Source: an uncultured archaeon
GTDB lineage: Archaea > Iainarchaeota > Iainarchaeia > Iainarchaeales > JAAZKV01
DNA length: 64,000 nt
Assembly (NCBI GenBank): GCA_964551375.1
Contig: CAZKBG010000001.1
Span: 757,150 to 821,149 of the forward strand
Reading direction: 5' to 3'
How positions within the stretch are numbered: the stretch's first letter is position 1; each line of letters starts with the position of its first letter. A model generated the notes under the pieces. It had not been told where the DNA came from. It made no database searches and saw only the letters and a program-made list of their open reading frames with translations. The translations under genes were made by a program, and so were the position numbers. Below are positions 28,901 through 35,885 of the stretch, in pieces.

Positions 28901-30537
28901 TTATTGGATATGTTAGGTCAACAAAAGCCACTGACATAAACGACTGCTTTGTCACAGTAACTGCAGTGCGCGGATACAAAAATAACAACGGCAGCAGCTC
29001 AAATGTGGGCGGATTAATCGGAGACTCATACGGTTCATATCCTTTAACAATAAATCATTCATTTGTAAATGCAGATTTAATCAGCGCAACCTCATCAGAA
29101 GTAGGCGGCTTAGTCGGGAATTCAAACAGATCTCCGTTAGTTATAATGGACTCAAACGCAGTGGTCAGACAAATAGTTGTTACTGGGACTCCGGGAAGAA
29201 TTGGGGGGCTTGTTGGAAGCGCATCAACAAACTCTTTAATTACAAATACTTACGCTTCATCAAATTTAATTTTAAGCAATTCCTCAGTATCGCCAGCTTA
29301 TTACGGAGGGCTAATCGGACACATTGGAGGAGGGCTTGTGACAAAATCATACGCTGACACTAATATTGATGCAACAATTGGGGCTTATTCAGGCTCCCAA
29401 ATAGGCGGATTAATCGGATACTCTGCCGCGCAGATACTAAACACTTATGCGCACTCAGGGTACATAATGGCAACAAAATCCTACGGCTCAAGAATTGGGG
29501 GGCTTGTAGGACACCTTGACTCAACAGTGACAAACTCTTATGCAATAGTCGACACTGATGTAAACGGAGTGGATAACATTGGAGGGGTGGCAGGATATGT
29601 TGGAAACACATACTCAGTTAATAATTCATTCTTTGTTGGAAGAGCAAAAGCAACAAGCACTCCTGATAACAATATTGTTGGAAATGCCTCCGCATCTAAT
29701 GTAGTTAATTGTTATTTTTACAAAACAGGAGCTGCTTCAGTGTGCAGCCAAAGCGGAACAACAGTAACCTGTGGAATAGACAATCCTTCTATGACTGATT
29801 ATTTTAAAGGCAAAACAAGCACAATCAGATTAAGAGCTCCTTTCTCCGGCGGGGCAGTGGATTGGAATTTTAATTACACAGGACACGCAGGAGTATGGTA
29901 CGGGTGGTACAGAGATTATCCTCACTTTATACTTGACCCAACTACGCCGCATGTGCCTGTCGGAGAATACAAATCAGTTCCGTTAGAATTAGCAACTGCA
30001 AAAAAATGCCAGTATATTGATTTTAATTTTGTGCAGGTGGGAAACTCTGATGTGAATATACAGATACAAATCGGAGATTTAAACGCTGCAATGTGGGATG
30101 ATTCAAACTGGTTCGGACCGGACGGCACAAGTTCAACAGCATATACTTTAACAAGCGACAAAAATATTCCATCCTCAAAAGGAAACGGCAAATGGATAAG
30201 ATGGAAAGCAATGCTTTACGCTTCAACAGAAGGCGAAACCCCTGCGTTAAAAAGCGTTGACTTTAATTGTATACCAATAGGCGAAATGGTTTTAGTAGCA
30301 AATGCAGACCTTGCTACCTGGTATAGAATTGATTATAATGAAATATTTTCAGGAACACACGGCACAGTTGACTGGCTGTATAATGTTGGATTTGGATGGG
30401 GAACAATAACACTCAATTCATTCCCTCCCGCAATTATGGGAAGCCCGCTTTATTTGAAAGCAAAAATAGCGGGAAGGGCGGATTCAAATGTTCCGGCAAT
30501 TGACAACAATATTATGGTCGCATATAGGGTAAATTAG
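25906..30537 (+). CDS. giant secreted GLUG-repeat surface protein (about 1535-1543 aa)
   Basis: The ORF-track start at 25906 is TTG; the first ATG at 25930 gives MKKIILALIILCISATVFS. N-module INISDCTGLQSM...IDCTATNTWNSGAGFAPITSFTGTLNGAGYTIRGL. GLUG units with internal duplications. Conserved C-terminal domain. Confidence 0.8.
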   Translation: MKVNFVKIMKKIILALIILCISATVFSINISDCTGLQSMSGANSYTLTGNIDCTATNTWNSGAGFAPITSFTGTLNGAGYTIRGLYINRTGSNSQALIGTSTNATLTNIVFEDANIAMYNYGGVLLANGSATISNITVRNSIIRSVGNVGYVGGIAGNYTGGQFTNSSIYGSVVSGPGYVGGLIGKFGMASNNASIDINDCYADLNSVTSSGDYVGGIVGQLTNTGTGTLSSINRSTAVVRTLFGYSYVGGIVGSHVGAGGTISDVNITLSSWSLRGSSFARIGGIAGNLAGTLTRSFAIINLDINNTSASGDYVGGLVGYGLGSTISDSYADVNIDTTISNAERVNAYVGGIVGYGSNIYRSYARGYKLYSGQYTGMYVGGLAGRLDGNISDSNATFTSIIGGGGYYGDGYVGGLVGYFHGNYIIRSKATANLVKVTRANSVANYAGGLIGGISTAGNKDINNCTVDVNNVEGFRTSNGSDSGISGLIGFVANVAGIHVSINQTSVRSKLLYATGDGIGGFIGYMVNSSGSLTITDSNATIERIHLYGGAGYGYVGGLIGRASVGRANITNSFAISQIDINLPSSSNGLGYVGGLAGAIGTGNVSDSWADTNVNGNFNTYSPRYVGGLIGSADVNLIRTYARGTYLDANKSGGYYVGGLAGACSWNVTDSNATFERIDGSGSYYGDAYIAGLVGSFTGNYILRSKAIVTSITAPTYPTNFVGGLVGGIGVAGNKDINYCSADVNIISATKTSNGSTTGVGGLIGFVANVAINLSINNSSARTGTIYGIGDGLGGLLGYMVSSSGSLKIIDSNAITDRIYFYGGGGSGYFGGLAGRAYAGRVDINNSFAISQIDVNATAGLDYVGGLAGEASLSGLIYNSWADTNINGSFGTYSPGNVGGLFGSADVNIIQSYARGNYIKITKANGSNVGGFAGKLSGDVLDSNVVFVDINGSSSSYGYGYVGGFVGYYTGGYILRSKVNAVHVTGYRADSLTDKVGGFIGYVRSTKATDINDCFVTVTAVRGYKNNNGSSSNVGGLIGDSYGSYPLTINHSFVNADLISATSSEVGGLVGNSNRSPLVIMDSNAVVRQIVVTGTPGRIGGLVGSASTNSLITNTYASSNLILSNSSVSPAYYGGLIGHIGGGLVTKSYADTNIDATIGAYSGSQIGGLIGYSAAQILNTYAHSGYIMATKSYGSRIGGLVGHLDSTVTNSYAIVDTDVNGVDNIGGVAGYVGNTYSVNNSFFVGRAKATSTPDNNIVGNASASNVVNCYFYKTGAASVCSQSGTTVTCGIDNPSMTDYFKGKTSTIRLRAPFSGGAVDWNFNYTGHAGVWYGWYRDYPHFILDPTTPHVPVGEYKSVPLELATAKKCQYIDFNFVQVGNSDVNIQIQIGDLNAAMWDDSNWFGPDGTSSTAYTLTSDKNIPSSKGNGKWIRWKAMLYASTEGETPALKSVDFNCIPIGEMVLVANADLATWYRIDYNEIFSGTHGTVDWLYNVGFGWGTITLNSFPPAIMGSPLYLKAKIAGRADSNVPAIDNNIMVAYRVN

Positions 30538-30595
30538 CGGATTAGAAAGGATTAAAAAGAATCAAAACATTATCTTTGAAAAGGTTTGATACAAA

Positions 30596-31279
30596 ATGCA
30601 TGCAAAAAAAAGGGGACAGGGAACAATTGAATACCTTGTTATAATAGCGGTTGTAATTGTGCTTGCATTAGTAACATCATATTTTATGATGGGCTCGCTT
30701 GGCTCGGCTTCAGCAGCAGAAAAGGCTTCGTTAAAAACAGCATGGCAGACAAAAGAAGTGGGAATTGCCGATTTTGCAGTTGATTCAGACGGAGCGGGAA
30801 AAATTGCCATAATGAATAACTCTGGCGAATTTGTGAGAATAAAGAAAGTTTATGTTGACGGAGTGCTTGTTTATGACGGAACGCTTTCACTTGGAAATTT
30901 TGATAGATATGTAGTGGGTTCTTTTGCTGAAAATGTGACTTCTTGCAGCGCGGACAGAAGATACAGTATAAGAATAATTTACGAGGCTGAAAGCGGGCTT
31001 GAAGATGAAGTGAGCGGAGACTTGTACGCAGAATGCATGGCAAGATTGAATGAAGGCGCGCTAAGATTCTTGCAGTTAACCGACGCGAATTTGAGTCTTG
31101 GGGACACAATCAACGTTTCAGCAGCAACAGGATACTTTACTTTAATTGACGCCAACTTTGTGAACTCAAGAAGCATAACTTATGGAAATGAAGGCTTTGG
31201 AGAGTACGGCGGCGTTGATTTAAACACAACAAGAAACACCGATAACAACTATATAGAACTTGACGTACAAGCTGAATAA
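30596..31279 (+). CDS. pilin-like protein with class III signal peptide; paralog of 9739-10389
   Basis: MHAKKRG|QGTIEYLVIIAVVIVLALV. The first roughly 145 aa are nearly identical to the upstream pilin-like protein; the C-terminus has diverged. Confidence 0.7.
   Translation: MHAKKRGQGTIEYLVIIAVVIVLALVTSYFMMGSLGSASAAEKASLKTAWQTKEVGIADFAVDSDGAGKIAIMNNSGEFVRIKKVYVDGVLVYDGTLSLGNFDRYVVGSFAENVTSCSADRRYSIRIIYEAESGLEDEVSGDLYAECMARLNEGALRFLQLTDANLSLGDTINVSAATGYFTLIDANFVNSRSITYGNEGFGEYGGVDLNTTRNTDNNYIELDVQAE
30620..31044 (+). repeat. direct repeat copy B (pairs with 9764-10184)
   Basis: See copy A. The two copies bracket about 20.8 kb. Confidence 0.8.
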
Positions 31280-31386
31280 AGCCAAAATGAGTGGTTTTAA
31301 TTAAGTTTAATGCAGTGGGGTTTGCACACAATAGGGTGAATTTTAAACCTTACTATTTATTGATTTATGCTTGGTGATAATCTATA

Positions 31387-31932
31387 ATGAAACAAGTATT
31401 AGTTCTTGGAAGAGGCGGGCAGGGGGCTGTAACAAGCACTCAAATCCTTGCGGTAGCCGCATACTCTGACGGCAAATCATGCTTAGCATTTCCAAACTTT
31501 GGAGTAGAAAGAATGGGAGCTCCCGTTAGAAGCTACTGCAGAGTTGACGACAAGAAAATAGAACTAAGAGAGCACGTTCAGGAAGCTGATTATGCAATAA
31601 TACTTGACCCAACGCTATCAAGGCACTTCAATGAAAAAGTTACAAAATTAATTATAGTTAATTCAAACAAAACTCCTGAAGAAATGTGCATTGTGACAGA
31701 AGCAAAAGTAATATGCGTAGATGTAACCGGAGTAGCAATGAAAATAATCGGAAAACCATTTGTAAACGTAGCCGCTCTTGGAGCGCTTGCAGCATTAACT
31801 GATGAAATTACATTAAAATCGCTTGAAGACGCGATAAAAAAACAAATGGGCTCAAAAGGACCCGCAGTTGAAAAAAATATTTTAGCGGTAAGAGAAGTGT
31901 ATGAGTTAGCAAAAAAAACACAGAAAAGATAA
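31387..31932 (+). CDS. porG: 2-oxoacid (pyruvate):ferredoxin oxidoreductase gamma subunit
   Basis: LVLGRGGQGAVTSTQIL motif typical of POR gamma. First gene of a gamma-delta-alpha-beta cluster. Confidence 0.85.
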   Translation: MKQVLVLGRGGQGAVTSTQILAVAAYSDGKSCLAFPNFGVERMGAPVRSYCRVDDKKIELREHVQEADYAIILDPTLSRHFNEKVTKLIIVNSNKTPEEMCIVTEAKVICVDVTGVAMKIIGKPFVNVAALGALAALTDEITLKSLEDAIKKQMGSKGPAVEKNILAVREVYELAKKTQKR

Positions 31933-31957
31933 AAATGACGATTGAAATTAAAATAAT

Positions 31958-32341
31958 GTGATTATAATGGCTGGAAAACAAAAAATCAAAAAAAGCGCTG
32001 ATTCGGGCAAAAAAGCAGCAGCTCCGAAAAAAGGAAGTGCTGCAAAAACATGCGAATTTTACTTTGAAGAAAAACTTGAGCTGACAAAAGGCGGAGTAAT
32101 AACAAAACCAGGCTCGACAAGAAACTACAAGACAGGCGAATGGAGAACATTCAAACCCACAATTGATTTACTTAAATGCATAAAATGCGGAAAGTGCTGG
32201 ATGGTTTGCCCTGATTCCGCAATAAAACAGAGAAAAGAAGACGGAAAATTCGAAATCAACCATGACTACTGCAAAGGATGCCTATTATGCGTAAAAGAAT
32301 GCCCAGTAAAATGCATCCCTTACGAACTTGAGGACAAATAA
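31958..32341 (+). CDS. porD: 2-oxoacid:ferredoxin oxidoreductase delta subunit (two [4Fe-4S] ferredoxin motifs)
   Basis: CIKCGKCWMVCP and CKGCLLCVKECP motifs. Likely start is the ATG at 31967. Confidence 0.85.
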   Translation: MIIMAGKQKIKKSADSGKKAAAPKKGSAAKTCEFYFEEKLELTKGGVITKPGSTRNYKTGEWRTFKPTIDLLKCIKCGKCWMVCPDSAIKQRKEDGKFEINHDYCKGCLLCVKECPVKCIPYELEDK

Positions 32342-32396
32342 TTATTAGATTTTTTTTATAAGATGTGGGAAAGTTAATTTAAGTTAAGTTTAAGGA

Positions 32397-33566
32397 ATGG
32401 ATTTAAAGAGTGTGAAAAAAATGAGTGAAACAAAAGTAATTTCAGGCTCAATTGCGGTTGCAGAAGCAGTAAAGCAGTGCAAACCAAAAGTGCTTCCAAT
32501 GTATCCAATAACTCCAAGCACACTAATACCAGAAAAGCTATCTGAAATGGTTGCAAACGGAGAGCTTGACTCAAGAATAATTTACGTTGAAAGCGAACAC
32601 TCAGCAATAAGTGCGCTTTACGGAGTATACGGAACAGGAATACGCGGATTCACAGCGACAGCATCACAGGGAATGGCATTAATGCATGAAATACTTCCAA
32701 TAATGTCAGGCGCAAGATTTCCAGCAGTAATGGCAGTCGCAAACAGAGCTTTGTCAGGACCATTAAATATTTGGAATGACCACTCAGACACAATGAGTGA
32801 AAGAGACCAAGGGTGGATACAATTCTACTGCGAAAATAATCAGGAAGCATACGACACAATTTTGATGGCTTATAAAATTGCAGAAGCGGAACAAGTGCAA
32901 ATTCCAGTAATGGTTTGCATTGACGGATTTTACTTAACTCACTCATACGAGCCGGTTGTAATTGAAGACCAGAAAAAAGTCGACGCATTTGTGCCTGAAT
33001 ACAAACCAGAACACTATCTTGACACTAAAAATCCAAAAACATTCGGACCAATAGCTTATCCAAATGTTTACATGGAATACAGAGAACATCAGGAAAAAGC
33101 AATGCAGGAAGCGCTAAAAATAATTCCAAAAGTTCACGAAGAATTCAAAAAAGCATTCGGCAGAAGCTACGGAGACGGACTTGCAGAAGGAATTGAATTA
33201 AGAGACGCAGAATATGCGCTACTTTGCACAGGCTCAGTTTTAGGGACTGCAAAAGAAACAATGAAAGAACTAAGAGCAAAGGGAAAAAAAGTAGGATTAA
33301 TAAAATTAAAATCAGTAAGACCGCTTCCTGTTGAAGAACTAAAAAAATTAGCTTCAAAATTAAAGGGACTAGGGGTAATAGACAGACACGCTTCGCTTGG
33401 ATTTGGAGGCGCGCTCACTAACGACATCAAAGCAGCACTTTCAGGAGAAAAAGTTAAAGTTACTGGATTTGTGGCAGGACTTGGAGGAAGAGATATTAAC
33501 AGAGCAAGACTGCACAAAGCTTATGAAACAGTAATGAAAGGAGAAGAAGGATACTGGCTCAAGTGA
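32397..33566 (+). CDS. porA: 2-oxoacid:ferredoxin oxidoreductase alpha subunit
   Basis: POR alpha-like sequence (GSIAVAEAV...MYPITPST). Likely start is the ATG at 32421. Confidence 0.85.
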   Translation: MDLKSVKKMSETKVISGSIAVAEAVKQCKPKVLPMYPITPSTLIPEKLSEMVANGELDSRIIYVESEHSAISALYGVYGTGIRGFTATASQGMALMHEILPIMSGARFPAVMAVANRALSGPLNIWNDHSDTMSERDQGWIQFYCENNQEAYDTILMAYKIAEAEQVQIPVMVCIDGFYLTHSYEPVVIEDQKKVDAFVPEYKPEHYLDTKNPKTFGPIAYPNVYMEYREHQEKAMQEALKIIPKVHEEFKKAFGRSYGDGLAEGIELRDAEYALLCTGSVLGTAKETMKELRAKGKKVGLIKLKSVRPLPVEELKKLASKLKGLGVIDRHASLGFGGALTNDIKAALSGEKVKVTGFVAGLGGRDINRARLHKAYETVMKGEEGYWLK

Positions 33567-33609
33567 AAGAGTGGGTAAGTATCAAAAAGAATTTATATTA
33601 ATATATTAG

Positions 33610-34527
33610 GTGAAAAAAATGGCTGTACTTGGAATAGATGAAAGAGAATTTTTCGCATCAGGCCACCGCTCGTGCGCAGGCTGCGGAGAAGCGCTTGCCG
33701 TAAGACATATCCTAAAAGCATGCGGAGAAAAAACAATAATAGTACAGGCAACAGGATGCATGGAAGTAGTATCAAGTGCATACCCTGAAACAGCATGGGA
33801 AATGCCATGGATTCACTGCGCATTTGAAAATGCAAGCGCGGTAGCAAGCGGAGTTAGAGCGGCGCTTGACGCAAAAGGCGACAAAGAAACTAATGTTTTA
33901 ACAATGGGCGGAGACGGCTCATCATTTGACATAGGATTTGGCTCATTAAGCGGAGCATTTGAAAGAGGAACAAAATTCTTGTACGTGTGCACTGATAACG
34001 AAGCATACATGAACACAGGAATTCAAAGAAGCGGAGCAACTTTTCCATACGCTAATACAACAACAAGCCCTGACGGAAAACTAATCCATGGGAAAGTACA
34101 GCCAAAAAAACCATTGCCATTCATAATTGCAGCGCACGGCGCAAGATACGTTGCAACAGCAAGCGTAATGAATTTATTTGACTTAAAGAAGAAAGTTCAA
34201 AAAGCGCTTACAATAGACGGGCCGAGTTTTATTACAGTATTTTCGCCATGCACTCCAGGATGGAAAATTGAAACAAGCGCGACAATAGAAGTATCAAAAA
34301 AAGCTTTTGAAACAAATGTTTATCCCTTATACGAGATAGAAGACGGAGTGCTAAAGATTAATCAGAAGCCGGACGAGAAAAAGCCTGTTGAAGAATACTT
34401 AAAACTTCAAGGAAGATTTAAGCACGTTACTCCAGAAATAGCCGCAAAAATACAAAAATATGTTGATGACAGATGGCAGTTCTTGGAAAGCGTTGACGGC
34501 AAAAAAATCTTTGACCCAATACTTTGA
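33610..34527 (+). CDS. porB: 2-oxoacid:ferredoxin oxidoreductase beta subunit (TPP-binding)
   Basis: Cys cluster CAGCGE...C near the N-terminus and TPP motif GGDGSSFDIG. Likely start is the ATG at 33619. Confidence 0.85.
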   Translation: MKKMAVLGIDEREFFASGHRSCAGCGEALAVRHILKACGEKTIIVQATGCMEVVSSAYPETAWEMPWIHCAFENASAVASGVRAALDAKGDKETNVLTMGGDGSSFDIGFGSLSGAFERGTKFLYVCTDNEAYMNTGIQRSGATFPYANTTTSPDGKLIHGKVQPKKPLPFIIAAHGARYVATASVMNLFDLKKKVQKALTIDGPSFITVFSPCTPGWKIETSATIEVSKKAFETNVYPLYEIEDGVLKINQKPDEKKPVEEYLKLQGRFKHVTPEIAAKIQKYVDDRWQFLESVDGKKIFDPIL

Positions 34528-34577
34528 AGCTCAAGCTTTTTTTGAAGCTTCTTTTATTTTTTTTATTTTATTCTTTT
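34528..34577. terminator. bidirectional terminator region between convergent porB and dtdA
   Basis: Palindromic gaagctcaagc ttttttt gaagcttc followed by long T-runs. Confidence 0.4.
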
Positions 34578-35495
34578 TTACTTAAGCAGATTTTGGACTC
34601 TTTCAACAGGAAGCCCGGATTTTTTTGCAAGCTTTAATATTTTTTCTTTGTGCTCTTTTAGCCCCTTCCAGTCAAGAATAATTTCACTTGCCCTGCTCTT
34701 TTTAATCATCTGGTCAAATAAAGCATAATTGAGATTCTCAAGCTGATGCTTTGGGCAAATGTGCCCAAAAGCGTATCTCTCTCTTAAAGTGAGTTTAGTA
34801 AAATCAGGCGCATAATGCCCTCCCCCAATTCCTATAACAATTTTATCCCCAACCCTGTCAAGCGTTGATTCAATAACAGTTTCTGCAATTACTTTTGCGC
34901 CGAGCTCGTTCTTCCAATCAGCAGGAGTGGAGCCAAGTTCAATGAAAACACATTTTTTGTTAGTAAAAGGGCCGTGATGAGTTGCTTCATAAGAAACAAC
35001 AAAACCCTGCTTGTTTAATCCGCTTGAAATATTCTTATCCGCAAGGCTTCTTAGATAATTTGCCCCAATCCACGCAAGAGAACCTGAAAGCTCCCTTGAT
35101 TTTCCGCCGTACTTTGCATCCCCAAAATTTCCAATCATGTGAACTGTAAGACTCTTAGTTCCAGCCTCGCTCGCATGCTTTGAAAGGAAAATAATTTTCT
35201 CTTCCTTTATCTTCATCGGCTTTACAAAAATAATCTCCTCATGAAACTCATAAACAACCGCCCAACTCGGGATTCCAATTTCCTTAATCTTTTTAAAAAT
35301 AAGACTCCCCGCAGCATCCTTTGAGGAATAAACAAGCGCAATCTTTTCCTGCTCTCTTTTCGCAGGAGGAACAGAATTAGGCGCAGCATCTATTTGTGCA
35401 TTAACCGCCGGCTCAACAGCAGCTATTGATTTTTCAGCTGGCTCAGGCACTTCTTGAATAACTGTGTTAGTCAACGCATTAGTTTCTGTTTCCAT
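34578..35495 (-). CDS. dtdA: D-aminoacyl-tRNA deacylase, archaeal DtdA type, with a low-complexity N-terminal extension of about 55 aa
   Basis: Motifs SYEATHHGP, IELGST..W, GIGGGHYAP, AFGHICPKH and DWKG match the archaeal DtdA family (from memory of the Pyrococcus protein). Confidence 0.75.
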   Translation of the reverse strand: METETNALTNTVIQEVPEPAEKSIAAVEPAVNAQIDAAPNSVPPAKREQEKIALVYSSKDAAGSLIFKKIKEIGIPSWAVVYEFHEEIIFVKPMKIKEEKIIFLSKHASEAGTKSLTVHMIGNFGDAKYGGKSRELSGSLAWIGANYLRSLADKNISSGLNKQGFVVSYEATHHGPFTNKKCVFIELGSTPADWKNELGAKVIAETVIESTLDRVGDKIVIGIGGGHYAPDFTKLTLRERYAFGHICPKHQLENLNYALFDQMIKKSRASEIILDWKGLKEHKEKILKLAKKSGLPVERVQNLLK

Positions 35496-35613
35496 AATGA
35501 AAGATTATTCAAAAAGGTTTAAGTAAGCATTATTTTAGCATAAAAACGAAATTTTGGGAAATTTTATAAACTTTCATGAAGAATAGTATTATAGCATTAC
35601 AGAGGTGTAAAAA

Positions 35614-35766
35614 ATGGTTGTAGAGTACGGAGAATTCAAGGGAAACAAGTTAATTATCTTAAAAAGAACAGAACAGGACACTTTCCCGTTTCAATTCGGA
35701 AAAGGCAAAGCGAAGTTAATTGTTGAAAACTTTGAAGCAATAAAGAAATTTGCCGAAGAAGAGTAA
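35614..35766 (+). CDS. small PC4-like (ssDNA-binding transcriptional coactivator-like) protein, 50 aa; not in the ORF track
   Basis: Translates as MVVEYGEFKGNKLIILKRTEQDTFPFQFGKGKAKLIVENFEAIKKFAEEE. GAGGTG RBS 7 nt upstream; TATA-like aattttataaa further upstream. The pattern EFKGNKLIIL...GKGKAKL resembles the PC4 core DFKGKVLIDIREY...GRKGISL. Confidence 0.45.
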   Translation: MVVEYGEFKGNKLIILKRTEQDTFPFQFGKGKAKLIVENFEAIKKFAEEE

Positions 35767-35828
35767 ATAATTGCTTTTGTTTAAATGCTTATTCCGTTAA
35801 TCGTTTATGCTCTTTTCTGCTGATTAAT

Positions 35829-35842
35829 TTGCCTGCAGGCAA
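35829..35842. promoter_or_regulatory. 14 bp perfect palindrome ttgcctgcaggcaa upstream of the acd gene
   Basis: Read directly from the sequence. Candidate dimeric-regulator site. Confidence 0.3.
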
Positions 35843-35885
35843 TATATCTGATTAAGCTTTAATACCCGAAGGGCTTAATTTTGTA

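Noticed and set aside
10965-30226. Many short ORFs of 60-118 aa on both strands inside the four giant genes (e.g. 12804-13160 plus strand, 27441-27764 minus strand)
   Set aside because: They are embedded in highly repetitive GLUG-coding sequence with a strong sense-frame signal. Alternative frames of Gly-rich repeats commonly stay open, so they are spurious.
31280-31386. Checked the intergenic spacer for a tRNA or other structured RNA gene (similarly 46863-47206, 50552-50694 and 61790-61969)
   Set aside because: No cloverleaf-compatible sequence and no GTTCGAATC-like T-loop or acceptor-stem pairing could be found by eye. No tRNA is called.
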